Made by a program: the position numbers and the translations under genes. A DNA stretch of 64,000 bases from an uncultured Verrucomicrobiae bacterium (GTDB lineage Bacteria > Verrucomicrobiota > Verrucomicrobiia > Chthoniobacterales > Chthoniobacteraceae). The stretch lies in assembly GCA_963836755.1 (NCBI GenBank), contig CAWIKF010000002.1:1888001-1952000 (forward strand), given 5' to 3'. This document shows positions 48,348 to 58,099 of this stretch, in pieces. The notes under the pieces are model-generated. The model did no database searches, was not told where the DNA came from, and saw only the letters and a program-made list of their open reading frames with translations. Every line of letters begins with the position of its first letter. Within the stretch, counting starts at the first letter, position 1.

Positions 48348-49360
48348 GCACCTCCGCGAACATAGCCGCGAATGTAATGGTGCGTGGCGTGCCCGAGCCA
48401 AACGCCTCGCGGCGCAATGGAAACGCACGCACTTTTGTCCTCCTTCCCACCGCGCTGATCCTCGCGCTCGTCGTGCATTTGGTCGTCTCGAAAAATGAAC
48501 CGCCGATCGAAACTCATGCGTATTCTGCTTTGCTCTGCATCATTTTCGCCGCTGCGCTTTTCCAAAGTATTGCGCAATTTTTTTGGAAGAAGCTGCGCGA
48601 TTGGATGCGAGAGACGGGGCCGATTCTCACAGCAGCTGTCATCCTCTTTTGCATTTGGGAATTGCTGACGACAGGCTTCCGATTGCTGCCGTTGCCCTAT
48701 TTTCCAAGCCCTGCCGGCGTTTGGCAAAGCATGCTCAGCGATCGCGAGCTGCTTTTTGACAGCACATGGCATTCGCTCGTGCTGCTGCTCACTGGATACG
48801 TGCTGGGAGTCGTCGCCGGCATCATCTCCGGCGTCTGCATCGGCTGGTTTGAACCCGCGCGCTATTGGGGGATGCCGGTGCTGAAAATCGTCGGCCCGAT
48901 TCCCGCGACCGCGTGGATTCCGCTCGCGATGGTCGTTTCGCCATCGGCACTTTTTTCCGCGGCCAGTTTGATCGCGCTGGCGGTCTGGTTTCCCGTCACG
49001 ATGCTCACCGCGTCAGGCGTTTCAAACACACGCGCATCTTATCTCGACGTCGCGCGCACGCTCGGCGCCGGCCGCGCTTATTTGATTTTTCGCGTCGCGA
49101 TTCCCGCGGCGATGCCAAACATTTTCGTCGGACTTTTCATGGGACTCGGCGCGTCGTTTCTCACGCTCGTTGTCGCCGAAACCGTCGGCGTCAAATCCGG
49201 CCTCGGCTGGTATGTGAGCTGGGCGCAGGGCTGGGCGGAATATGGAAAAGTTTTTGCAGCGCTCGTCATCATGGCCGCGTTTTTTTCCACGATCATGACG
49301 GCGCTCTTCAAAGTGCGCGACCGCGTGCTCGTGTGGCAAAAAGGGATGATCAAATGGTGA
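48344..49360 (+). CDS. ABC transporter permease (SsuC/TauC-like)
   Basis: FPSP, PIPATAWIP, VARTLGA, VVAETVGVKSGLG; GTGA overlap with the upstream gene. Confidence 0.9.
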   Translation: MSTSANIAANVMVRGVPEPNASRRNGNARTFVLLPTALILALVVHLVVSKNEPPIETHAYSALLCIIFAAALFQSIAQFFWKKLRDWMRETGPILTAAVILFCIWELLTTGFRLLPLPYFPSPAGVWQSMLSDRELLFDSTWHSLVLLLTGYVLGVVAGIISGVCIGWFEPARYWGMPVLKIVGPIPATAWIPLAMVVSPSALFSAASLIALAVWFPVTMLTASGVSNTRASYLDVARTLGAGRAYLIFRVAIPAAMPNIFVGLFMGLGASFLTLVVAETVGVKSGLGWYVSWAQGWAEYGKVFAALVIMAAFFSTIMTALFKVRDRVLVWQKGMIKW

Positions 49361-50151
49361 GCGCGCTGGAACGCGTCGCCGAGGGTTCCTCGCTCCGCGT
49401 GCTCGATGTCCGGAAAAGTTTTGCTGCTTCGGACAAAGCAGAAACTTTTTCGCCCGCTCTGGACGGAGTTTATTTTTCCGCGCGCGCGGGAGAATTGATT
49501 TCACTCATCGGTCCGAGTGGTTGCGGTAAATCAACCCTTTTGCGGCTGATGGCCGGTCTCGATTCGCCGACTGCTGGAGAGCTTTTTGTCGGCGACGAAC
49601 CGATCACCGGCCCAAGTGCAAAACGTGGTCTCGTCTTTCAAGATCCAAATCTTTTCCCATGGCTGAGCGTGCGCCGCAATATCGAAGCAGGGCTCGTGGC
49701 GCGCGGCGCGCTGCGTGAAAAACGTCACGAAGTCGACGATTTCATCCGATTGGTCGGGCTGCAGGATTTTGCAGAAAGCTATCCGCATCATCTTTCCGGC
49801 GGCATGGCTCAGCGCGCCGCCCTCGCGCGAGCGTTGATCAATCATCCGCAAGTGCTTTTGCTCGATGAGCCGCTTGGCGCGCTCGATGCATTCACGCGGA
49901 TGCGTATGCAGGACGAGGTGCTACGGCTCTGGCACGCGCGCCGCACGACGATGGTGCTCGTCACGCATGACATCGACGAGGCCATTTATATGAGCGACGC
50001 GATCGCGATCATGACGCCGCGTCCGGGAAAAATTGAGCGCACGATCCGTGTCGACATCGCCCGTCCGCGCGATCGCAGCAGCACTGAATTTTTGCAGCTT
50101 CGCGGCGAGATTCTCGAGCTGCTCCACTTTGCAGGAAGTGCCGCGGCGTAA
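49354..50151 (+). CDS. ABC transporter ATP-binding protein (SsuB/TauB-like)
   Basis: GPSGCGKST, LSGGMAQR, LLLDEPLGALD, VTHDIDEA. Confidence 0.93.
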   Translation: MVSALERVAEGSSLRVLDVRKSFAASDKAETFSPALDGVYFSARAGELISLIGPSGCGKSTLLRLMAGLDSPTAGELFVGDEPITGPSAKRGLVFQDPNLFPWLSVRRNIEAGLVARGALREKRHEVDDFIRLVGLQDFAESYPHHLSGGMAQRAALARALINHPQVLLLDEPLGALDAFTRMRMQDEVLRLWHARRTTMVLVTHDIDEAIYMSDAIAIMTPRPGKIERTIRVDIARPRDRSSTEFLQLRGEILELLHFAGSAAA

Positions 50152-50186
50152 ATTTTCACAAAGCGACGCTTGGTAACGTCGTAATA

Positions 50187-52772
50187 TCAGCTTTCCGCGC
50201 TTTCTTCCGCTGGCTCTTCTTCCATGCTGACCACCGGGGCGATGGACTGAAGTTTTTCACCCTCGCGCGGCGAAATAAGTTTCACGCCTTGCGCGTTGCG
50301 GCCGGTCTCCCGGATTTCGCTGACGCGCGTGCGCACCATCTGCCCTTTGTTCGTGATGAGCATCAATTCATCCGTGTCGCGCACCGTTAGCGCTCCGATG
50401 ACGTCGCCCGTTTTATCGCCCGTCTTCATCGTGATGATGCCTTTGCCGCCGCGCGACTGCGTTCGGTATTCCTCAAACTTCGTGCGCTTTCCGATTCCAT
50501 TTTCGCCAGCGACGAGGAGCATTGCGTCATTGTTCACCAGCGCCATGTCCACGACGTGGTCGCCGGGCTGCGGGCGGATGCCCCAGACGCCGACGGTATT
50601 GCGTCCTTGATCCCGGAGCTGATCCTCGCTGAAGCGGAGACTGATGCCATCCTTTGTGATCAAAACAATTTCGTCCTGGCCGGTGGTGAGCGAAGCATTA
50701 ATGAGGCAATCTCCTTCCTCCACCTGCTGCGCGATGATGCCGCCTTTGCGGATGTTTTTAAAGTCGGACAGGTTCGACTTTTTCACAATGCCCGTGCGTG
50801 TGGCGAAGACGATGTGAAAGTTTTCATCCCATGTTTGATCGACAGCATTCGGCCCAGTGCCGGTGATTTTCGATTGGACGCGAATGGTCGCCGCGATTTT
50901 CTCGTCGGTGCGGAGCTCCAGTAAATTGGCAATGGAGCGGCCTTTTGCAGCGCGACCCATCTCGGGGATCTCGTAAACTTTTTCCACATAGCAACGGCCA
51001 GACTGTGTGAAAAACATCAGATAGTCATGCGTTGTCGCTGTGAAAAGGTGCTCGACGAAATCGCCTTCGTCCTGCTCGGTCGCGCCTTCGCGCGTTGTCA
51101 TACCCATGACCCCTTTGCCGCCGCGGCGTTGCGCACGATACGAGCTGACGGCGGTCCGCTTGATGAAGCCGCCGTGCGTGATGGTGATGATGCAGCCTTC
51201 GTTCGCGATCAAGTCCTCCATGTTGATCTCGCCCTCGTCCGGCACGAGCTGCGTGAGCCGCGGCGTCGCCCATTTCTTCTGCACTTCCCGCAACTCGGTT
51301 TTGATGATGCGCATCACGCGCGCTTCCTTTGCGAGGATGTCCACCAGGTCTTTGATCGTTTCGATCAGCGCGCGATATTCCGCATCAATTTTGTCGCGCT
51401 CGAGGCCGGTGAGTTGATAAAGGCGCAGGTCCAAAATGGCGTTCGCCTGACGTTCGCTAAAGACGTAACGGCCATCAATGAGACGCGCTTCGTCGCGGAT
51501 CAAAATTCCGATCTGCTCAACTTGGCGGCGCGTGAACTCAAATGCGAGCAGCTTGATGCGCGCTTCCTCACGATTCGCTGATTCGCGGATGATGCGAATA
51601 AACTCATCCATGCGCGCGAGCGCAATGAGGTAACCTTCAAGCAGTTCCGCACGTTCCTCCGCTTGTTTCAAAAGAAAGCGCGTGCGCCGCAGAACCACTT
51701 CGCGACGATGCTCGATGTAGCAAGCGATCGCGTCCTTGAGCGAAAGCAGCTTCGGCTTTCCATGATCGATCGCCAGCATCGCGACCGCGAATGACGATTC
51801 CAGCGCCGTGTGCTTGTAGAGATTGTTGATGACGACTTTCGGCAGCGCGTCGCGCTTTAACTCAATGACGACACGCGTATTTTCGTCCGACTCGTCGCGG
51901 ATCGCCGAGATGTCCGTGATGATTTTCTCGTTTACCAACTGCGCGATGCGCTCGACGAGCGTCGCACGGTTCACGTTGTAAGGAATTTCGGTGACGACGA
52001 TTTGCTCGCGCCCGCCTTTCAATTCCTCGACCCCGGCTTTGCCCCGAACTTTTAAACTTCCGCGACCGGTTTCGAAATACTGCCGGATCCCTGCGAGGCC
52101 GCAGAGCATGCAACCGGTCGGGAAGTCCGGCCCTTTCACATGCGCCATCAATCCCTCGATCGTGATCTCCGGATCGTCGATCTGCGCGCAAATGCCGTCG
52201 ATGATCTCGCTGAGATTGTGCGGCGGCATGTTTGTCGCCATGCCGACGGCGATGCCGGTGCCGCCGTTGACCAAAAGATTCGGGAACGCCGCGGGAAAGA
52301 CTTTGGGCTCAGTGCGCGTCTCGTCGTAGTTGGGAACAAAGTCGACGGTATCCTTGTCCATGTCCTCCATCAGCGCCGCGCCGAGATGCGTCATGCGCGC
52401 CTCGGTGTAACGCATCGCAGCCGGTGGATCGCCCTCGACCGAGCCGAAATTTCCCTGGCCGTCGACCAGCCGCTCGCGCATCGCCCATGGCTGCGCCATG
52501 TGCACGAGTGTGGGGTAGATCACCGCCTCGCCGTGCGGATGGTAATTGCCGCTCGTGTCACCGCAAATCTTCGCGCATTTCCGATGCTGCCGATTCGGAA
52601 AAAGCGACAGATCGTGCATCGCGTAGAGGATGCGGCGCTGGCTCGGTTTTAATCCGTCACGCGCATCCGGCAGCGCGCGCGAAATGATGACCGACATCGA
52701 GTAGTCGAGGAACGACTTCGACATCTCCTCCGCCACATTGATTTTTTCGACTTTTTCGTTTTGGGTATACAC
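50187..52772 (-). CDS. gyrA: DNA gyrase subunit A
   Basis: [24 protein letters not shown], GyrA-box QRRGGKG, C-terminal pinwheel repeats. Confidence 0.97.
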   Translation of the reverse strand: MYTQNEKVEKINVAEEMSKSFLDYSMSVIISRALPDARDGLKPSQRRILYAMHDLSLFPNRQHRKCAKICGDTSGNYHPHGEAVIYPTLVHMAQPWAMRERLVDGQGNFGSVEGDPPAAMRYTEARMTHLGAALMEDMDKDTVDFVPNYDETRTEPKVFPAAFPNLLVNGGTGIAVGMATNMPPHNLSEIIDGICAQIDDPEITIEGLMAHVKGPDFPTGCMLCGLAGIRQYFETGRGSLKVRGKAGVEELKGGREQIVVTEIPYNVNRATLVERIAQLVNEKIITDISAIRDESDENTRVVIELKRDALPKVVINNLYKHTALESSFAVAMLAIDHGKPKLLSLKDAIACYIEHRREVVLRRTRFLLKQAEERAELLEGYLIALARMDEFIRIIRESANREEARIKLLAFEFTRRQVEQIGILIRDEARLIDGRYVFSERQANAILDLRLYQLTGLERDKIDAEYRALIETIKDLVDILAKEARVMRIIKTELREVQKKWATPRLTQLVPDEGEINMEDLIANEGCIITITHGGFIKRTAVSSYRAQRRGGKGVMGMTTREGATEQDEGDFVEHLFTATTHDYLMFFTQSGRCYVEKVYEIPEMGRAAKGRSIANLLELRTDEKIAATIRVQSKITGTGPNAVDQTWDENFHIVFATRTGIVKKSNLSDFKNIRKGGIIAQQVEEGDCLINASLTTGQDEIVLITKDGISLRFSEDQLRDQGRNTVGVWGIRPQPGDHVVDMALVNNDAMLLVAGENGIGKRTKFEEYRTQSRGGKGIITMKTGDKTGDVIGALTVRDTDELMLITNKGQMVRTRVSEIRETGRNAQGVKLISPREGEKLQSIAPVVSMEEEPAEESAES

Positions 52773-52818
52773 GGAAGGGGTGGAAAAAAGAAAGCGTCAG
52801 CGCTCGCGACGGCTGTAT

Positions 52819-52974
52819 CTAAGCGGCTGGAGCGGCATCTGAAGAAGCCGCCGATTTTTTCGGCGCGCGCGTTTTCGGCTTCGGTTTTACGGCTGCTTTC
52901 GCGATTTCTTTTTTGCGCTCAAGGTAAGTTTCGCGACGGCGGCGCTTCTGGATTTTGTTCGATTGTTGTCCCAT
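52819..52974 (-). CDS. Small very basic protein (51 aa)
   Basis: MGQQSNKIQKRRRRETYLERKKEIAKAAVKPKPK...; fills the gap upstream of gyrA. Confidence 0.65.
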   Translation of the reverse strand: MGQQSNKIQKRRRRETYLERKKEIAKAAVKPKPKTRAPKKSAASSDAAPAA

Positions 52975-53075
52975 AAAGTAGAGCCCGCCTTTATATGCGC
53001 CGCCCGCGATGCGAGCAACGCATTTCGCCGCAAAAACCTTGTCATCGCGCGGCACGTTTGAAACTTTACGCGCCT

Positions 53076-53687
53076 ATGCCAACCGACTCCGAAATTCCCG
53101 TCACCTCTGGCTTCGAGCCGCAAATTTTTTGGGACGCACACAAGAGCAAAATCATTGTTTACGGAGCGTTGCTGATTGGTGCGCTTTTGATTTTTTCGAT
53201 TTACCAATACACCACCTCGCAGCGCCTCGAGGCTTCTGGCACACTTTTCGCGCAGGCGAAAACGGCTGCCGATTACCAGGCAGTGATTGACAAATATCCG
53301 CACACGATCAGTGCAGGAAACGCCTCACTTCTTCTGGCCAAAGTTTTGCGCGATGAAAAAAAATACGATGAGGCTGTGGCGACGCTCCGCAAATTTACGC
53401 AGGATTTTCCGGATCATCCGCTCGTCAGCACAGGCTGGCTCAGCCTCGCAGAAACCTTGGAAGTGCAGGGGAAAACGGCTGAAGCCGATTCCACTTTTCA
53501 ACAGGTCACGGCAAAGTTTCCCGACAGTTACAGCGCGCCGATTGCAGCTTTGGAAGAAGCCAACTCGCTCAGGATTAGAGGGAAAAATGAAGAAGCGCGC
53601 GTCGCTTACGAAAACATTCTGACACAGTATCGCGAGAGTTATTGTGCGCAGGAAGCGACGCGCGACCTGCGACTCCTGCACAAGTAA
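53076..53687 (+). CDS. Membrane-anchored TPR protein (YfgM-like)
   Basis: FWDAHKSKI plus single TM helix, followed by TPR-like repeats. Confidence 0.82.
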   Translation: MPTDSEIPVTSGFEPQIFWDAHKSKIIVYGALLIGALLIFSIYQYTTSQRLEASGTLFAQAKTAADYQAVIDKYPHTISAGNASLLLAKVLRDEKKYDEAVATLRKFTQDFPDHPLVSTGWLSLAETLEVQGKTAEADSTFQQVTAKFPDSYSAPIAALEEANSLRIRGKNEEARVAYENILTQYRESYCAQEATRDLRLLHK

Positions 53688-53702
53688 GCGTGAGACGCTT
53701 CG

Positions 53703-54524
53703 TTAAACAACTGCGAGCGACTGCTGCTCCCCGCGGCCGCCACCTGCTTTTTTCCTGGCTGGTTTCGGCTTCGGCGGGAGCAATTCCGGTTGCTCCAGTT
53801 CGCTCTGGCCGATGAAAAGATCGCCGTGGAAAATGCCGCCTTTTTCAATCTTGATCGATTTCGCGTGGACGCTGCCGTCGAGCTCGCCGGTCTGGCTTAT
53901 CTTTACGGAATCGGCGTAAAGCCGCGCAGAAACCTTGCCCTCAATTTCGATCGACGTGACCCGCAACGGCCGCACGAACTCGATCTCCGAACGCTTCTCG
54001 ATGATCAAAGTTCGCGCCTCGATTGCACCCGTTACTCGGCCGTGCATTCGCACACGCGCCGTGCCGGTGCATTGAAGATTGCCGTGAACTTTGCCAAAAA
54101 TCAGCGCCTCGCCGCAAAGAATTTTTGAGCTCGTGACGTCGCCACTTTTTCCGACCGTCAGCGTCCCGTGCGTCTGCACTGCGCGGCTGAAATTTCCGTT
54201 GATTTTGAAATCGCGCAGATCCATGTAGGTCCCGCAATGCGCGCAGCTGCCGGACTCGGCGAAACTGCTCACCGTTTGCTGCGCATCGCAACTAAAGCAG
54301 CGGATTTCGCGAAAAGTTTCACGCCGCAGCAAGCGCGTAAACTTTTGAAAAAACCCGGGACTTTCACTCGCGGTCGGCGCCACCTGCGGCTGCGTCGCGA
54401 GCTTGCGCAGATCCATATGCTTGCCGCATTTGCGGCAAAACGTGGACCGCGCAAAGGCAGATTCCGCCTGCTTCGCGTGGCAGTGGGGGCACGCGACGGT
54501 GATCTGGCCGGGGCCTTTCGCCAT
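53703..54524 (-). CDS. Bactofilin (polymer-forming cytoskeletal protein) with two N-terminal zinc ribbons
   Basis: CPHC/CRKC and CFSC/CAHC, then bactofilin beta-helix repeats ending IEKGGIFHG. Confidence 0.85.
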   Translation of the reverse strand: MAKGPGQITVACPHCHAKQAESAFARSTFCRKCGKHMDLRKLATQPQVAPTASESPGFFQKFTRLLRRETFREIRCFSCDAQQTVSSFAESGSCAHCGTYMDLRDFKINGNFSRAVQTHGTLTVGKSGDVTSSKILCGEALIFGKVHGNLQCTGTARVRMHGRVTGAIEARTLIIEKRSEIEFVRPLRVTSIEIEGKVSARLYADSVKISQTGELDGSVHAKSIKIEKGGIFHGDLFIGQSELEQPELLPPKPKPARKKAGGGRGEQQSLAVV

Positions 54525-54543
54525 CGACGTCTGGCGCCGCGCC

Positions 54544-54945
54544 CTAGCGACCGCCGACTGCTTTCGAGTTCTCCGGCTGCCGCACGATTTCTGGTTTCAT
54601 CTGCGCGACTTTGTTCGGCGTGACTTCGGATTTGCCGACAAAAGTGGCGCCTTCCTCGATGACGAGGCGTGCCGCTTTGAGGTCGCCGAAAAGTTGTGCA
54701 CGACCGCGAAGTTCGCAGCGTTCGTCGACGGTGATGTTTCCGTTAACCTTGCCCAAAACCGTCACGGATTTTGTTTTGATTTCACCGCGGAGCTCGGCCA
54801 TTTCGCCGATCGTCAACGCGCCGTCTTCGGAAGTGATTTCGCCTTCGATCTTTCCGTCGAGGGTCAGGTTGTTGCGAAATTTGATCGTTCCTTTGATGTC
54901 TACTTCGCTGCTCAGAATGTTTTTTGTCGTGTTTGCTTCAGCCAT
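54544..54945 (-). CDS. Bactofilin
   Basis: DVDIKGTI...LDGKIEGEI...GKVNGNI...LVIEEGATFVG. Confidence 0.92.
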   Translation of the reverse strand: MAEANTTKNILSSEVDIKGTIKFRNNLTLDGKIEGEITSEDGALTIGEMAELRGEIKTKSVTVLGKVNGNITVDERCELRGRAQLFGDLKAARLVIEEGATFVGKSEVTPNKVAQMKPEIVRQPENSKAVGGR

Positions 54946-55019
54946 AAATTTCTTTCGTTGAGCCGGACGCGCCGGCGGTTGGTGTTATGTCTGCCTCGTT
55001 TCGACGCAGGCCTTTTGGG

Positions 55020-55048
55020 ACTATTAGACCCCGCGAAACCGATGTCAA
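55020..55048 (-). promoter_or_regulatory. Possible sigma-70 promoter of the bactofilin genes
   Basis: Minus strand TTGACA-N16-TAATAG about 75 bp upstream of the ATG at 54945. Confidence 0.35.
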
Positions 55049-55077
55049 CGCCCGTTTCGATTTATGCGAAAAACAGG

Positions 55078-56508
55078 CTATTTCGGCATCAAAGGAGCAC
55101 CGCCGCCGGCAAGTTCTTCTGCGGGATAAGTCCAGATTTCGCTCAACGTAGGATGATAATGCGGCACGCGCGCGAGGTCGGCCGCGGTCGCGTGAAAGTG
55201 CATCGCCACCGCGATTTCGTGGATCAATTCGCCCGCTTCCGGCCCGATCGCCGCGCCGCCAAGAATCTCGCCGCCGTGCTCGCGCCCGATCAATTTCACA
55301 AAGCCTTCCGTCTCGCCGAGCACGATCGATTTTCCATGATCATTGAACGGATACGACGCCACGACATATTCCGCGCCGGCGCTGATCAGCTCCTTTTCCG
55401 TCAAGCCGACGGACGCGATTTGGGGCTCGGTGAAAACGACAAAAAGTTTGAGGCGATAATCGATTTCCTCGAGCGGCTCCGCGCTGCCGCGCACGATGCG
55501 CGCTGCGTTTCGCGCGGCCAGCTCGCCTTGCAGGATCGCGATGTGGACGATCTCGTAAGGCCCCGCCGCATCCCCGGCCGCAAACACATGTTCAACGCCT
55601 GTTTGCTGGCGCGCATTCGTCGCGACATGGCCACCGGCCGGCTCCAGCCCCGCATTTTCTAACTGCAGCCCGTCGAGCTGCGGCGAGCGGCCAAGCGCAT
55701 AGATAATCTCCTCGGCCTCGACGAACTTTTCGTCCCCTTCGTGACAAAAATGCACGCGCTTTCCCGTCGAGGTTTTTTCGATGCGCCGCAAAGTGGTGTG
55801 GAAAAAAAGTCGCATGCCACGTCGCGTAAATGCATCGGTGACGGCACACGCCACGTCGCCATCCATCTCTTTCAAAACCTGCCCGCCGCGCTGCAAAATC
55901 GTCACTTCGCAGCCGAGCGCGGAATAAAAATGCGAGAACTCCAGCGCGGTCGGTCCGGCGCCGAGCACGATCACCGATTTCGGAATGTGCGTCGAATCGA
56001 GCACCGCGTCGCTGTCGAGAAAACAGGTCTCGTCGCAGCCCTCGATGTCGATGTGCGTGAGCTTTGATCCGGTCGCGATCAAAAAAGTTTTGCTCGTGAT
56101 GCGGCGCGCATTTTCTCCGCGAACCTCGAGCGTGTGCGCGTCTGAAAAACTCGCCCAGCCGCGGATGAAGTCGAACGCGCCTTTCTCCAGTTGCTCCTGA
56201 CGATAATTCGCAAACTCCGCCACGAGCCGTCGCTTTCGCTCAATGATTTCCGTGCCATGCGCCTCAGCATTTTCCATCGAAAGCCCAAACTCCTTCGCGC
56301 GGCGGATCGTCAAAAAACGGTTCGCCGATTGGATCAAAGTCTTGCTCGGCATGCACCCGCGCAAAATGCAGAGCCCGCCAACATCGCGACCGCCTTCGAC
56401 GACCGCGGTTTTCAATCCGAGCTTTGACGCGGTCGCCGCGGCCGAATAGCCCGCGCTGCCGCCACCGATCACAACAAAATCGAAATCAAAATCGTAATCT
56501 TCATTCAT
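55078..56508 (-). CDS. Pyridine nucleotide-disulfide oxidoreductase (dihydrolipoamide dehydrogenase family)
   Basis: IGGGSAG, GGLCILRGCMPSK, FAAGD, C-terminal HPTLSE. Confidence 0.9.
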   Translation of the reverse strand: MNEDYDFDFDFVVIGGGSAGYSAAATASKLGLKTAVVEGGRDVGGLCILRGCMPSKTLIQSANRFLTIRRAKEFGLSMENAEAHGTEIIERKRRLVAEFANYRQEQLEKGAFDFIRGWASFSDAHTLEVRGENARRITSKTFLIATGSKLTHIDIEGCDETCFLDSDAVLDSTHIPKSVIVLGAGPTALEFSHFYSALGCEVTILQRGGQVLKEMDGDVACAVTDAFTRRGMRLFFHTTLRRIEKTSTGKRVHFCHEGDEKFVEAEEIIYALGRSPQLDGLQLENAGLEPAGGHVATNARQQTGVEHVFAAGDAAGPYEIVHIAILQGELAARNAARIVRGSAEPLEEIDYRLKLFVVFTEPQIASVGLTEKELISAGAEYVVASYPFNDHGKSIVLGETEGFVKLIGREHGGEILGGAAIGPEAGELIHEIAVAMHFHATAADLARVPHYHPTLSEIWTYPAEELAGGGAPLMPK

Positions 56509-58064
56509 GGCGTTGCCGATTGGTTGACGGCGAAAACTTTGTAGATTTGATTCGCATAAACCAGCGAAAGATAACCCGGCGCTATGTGCGGACGCTCATA
56601 AAGCATTTGTGTGACAGTCGTCGTGGGCAGCGGCTGGAAAAGCAATTCGGCCGAACTTTCCACGATCGGTCCTGGATCGCCAATGACGATCGCGCCGACC
56701 GCGCGCTTTTCTAAAATTTTGTGCGCGTCGGCGAAATTCGACGCCGTGAAAAATCGCGCGCTGTCCACGATTCCGCTCAATCCCTCGTGCGCGCTGCCCG
56801 CGATCGCTGGCTGCCCAGACCAATAAACAAGCGGCGGCGAAATCCACCACGGCGCGAGCAGCGGAACAGTTTCCTTCATCCGCAAATGCTCCGCGACATC
56901 GCGCAGCGCCACGGCTTGCTGGCGCTTTTGCGTTAGAAGAACCACGCGCGCCTCATCGGGAAACAAACGGCCATCCCAATCCCGCAGCACCGGCCACAAG
57001 CTCAAGATGAACAGCGGCCAGACCAGCCACTGTTTACGAAAAAGCGAAAGCTGCCACGGCAGGCTCATTGCAAAAACGAGCGCGAAAAAATAGCCCCAGC
57101 GCACTTGCGTGATCGTGAGCGTGAATGTCACCGCGAGCAGCGCCAGCAAAAGAATCGAGCGCTTCGCATCGCGAATCCGCGCGATCAATAACAGCGGCGC
57201 CGCGAACAGACCGAAGCCGACCCACGAAAAAAGCAGCGATTGAAAAATGCTGCCCGGCGAAAGTTTCCACATCGGCGACATCTCGCCGATCTGCTGTTTC
57301 CACGAGCCGAAATAGTGCAACATCGTCGCGTCCGGCAAAGTCATGTGCCAGCGCTCGATCAGCAGTGCGACGGCGACGATGGCCAGCAACAGCACGTGCC
57401 CCCGCAGACGCGCGCGCGAGAAAAGTTGCGCGCGAAAAAACAGCAGCTTCGTCACCAAAATTGTCGCCATCAAAATCAACGGCTCATAAAGCGAAACCCA
57501 CAATCCGAGACCCCACGCTGCGCCCGCGATCGTGCTCCATTTCACCGATGGGTCGCGCGCTTGCGCCAGCTCCGCGGCAAGCGCGACCGTCATTAAAAAA
57601 ATGAGCAGCGACTGATGGTCGGGTCGGCCGAGATTCGTCCCGTGCACGAGGATCGGGCTCAGCGAGACGAGCAGCAGCATGAGTCTCCGATAGCGCTGCA
57701 GCAGCTCGCGCGACCAATACCAGAGGAAGCCGGTGGTCATCACTCCGAGCAGCGGTGAGATGATCGCGCCGGCCAGATCAACGTAGTATTTCGTGAAAGG
57801 CTTCAGCATCCACGCGAGCACCGCGATCAGGTAATCGAACGGAGCAGTCGCGTGCGAAGAAATGCCTTCGGGATAATTTTCAAAATCGTGATGCCGGATG
57901 ATCGTGCCCGGCGCGTCCATCACCATCCGCACGCGCGTCATCCGTGAATAACAATCGGCGTCGATGAAATAAACGTTGCCGCCGACGAAAACATCCGCGT
58001 GATTTGCGCAGCGCGTCGCCAGCGTCAGCGCAAGAAAAAAGCAGAGCCAAAGCGCAGATTTCAT
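56505..58064 (-). CDS. STT3/AglB-like GT-C membrane glycosyltransferase
   Basis: DADCYSRMTR, DFENYPEG, GRPDHQ, IGEM, RWGYF, many TM helices, C-terminal APWWISPP at the WWD position. Confidence 0.65.
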   Translation of the reverse strand: MKSALWLCFFLALTLATRCANHADVFVGGNVYFIDADCYSRMTRVRMVMDAPGTIIRHHDFENYPEGISSHATAPFDYLIAVLAWMLKPFTKYYVDLAGAIISPLLGVMTTGFLWYWSRELLQRYRRLMLLLVSLSPILVHGTNLGRPDHQSLLIFLMTVALAAELAQARDPSVKWSTIAGAAWGLGLWVSLYEPLILMATILVTKLLFFRAQLFSRARLRGHVLLLAIVAVALLIERWHMTLPDATMLHYFGSWKQQIGEMSPMWKLSPGSIFQSLLFSWVGFGLFAAPLLLIARIRDAKRSILLLALLAVTFTLTITQVRWGYFFALVFAMSLPWQLSLFRKQWLVWPLFILSLWPVLRDWDGRLFPDEARVVLLTQKRQQAVALRDVAEHLRMKETVPLLAPWWISPPLVYWSGQPAIAGSAHEGLSGIVDSARFFTASNFADAHKILEKRAVGAIVIGDPGPIVESSAELLFQPLPTTTVTQMLYERPHIAPGYLSLVYANQIYKVFAVNQSATP

Positions 58065-58099
58065 CCGGCGCGGAGCGTTTCAGAACGCGCAACGAGTGT

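Noticed and set aside
55078..56508. Mercuric reductase MerA
   Set aside because: No C-terminal Cys-Cys pair, no N-terminal HMA domain and no mer genes; retains the HPTLSE motif of lipoamide dehydrogenase-like enzymes
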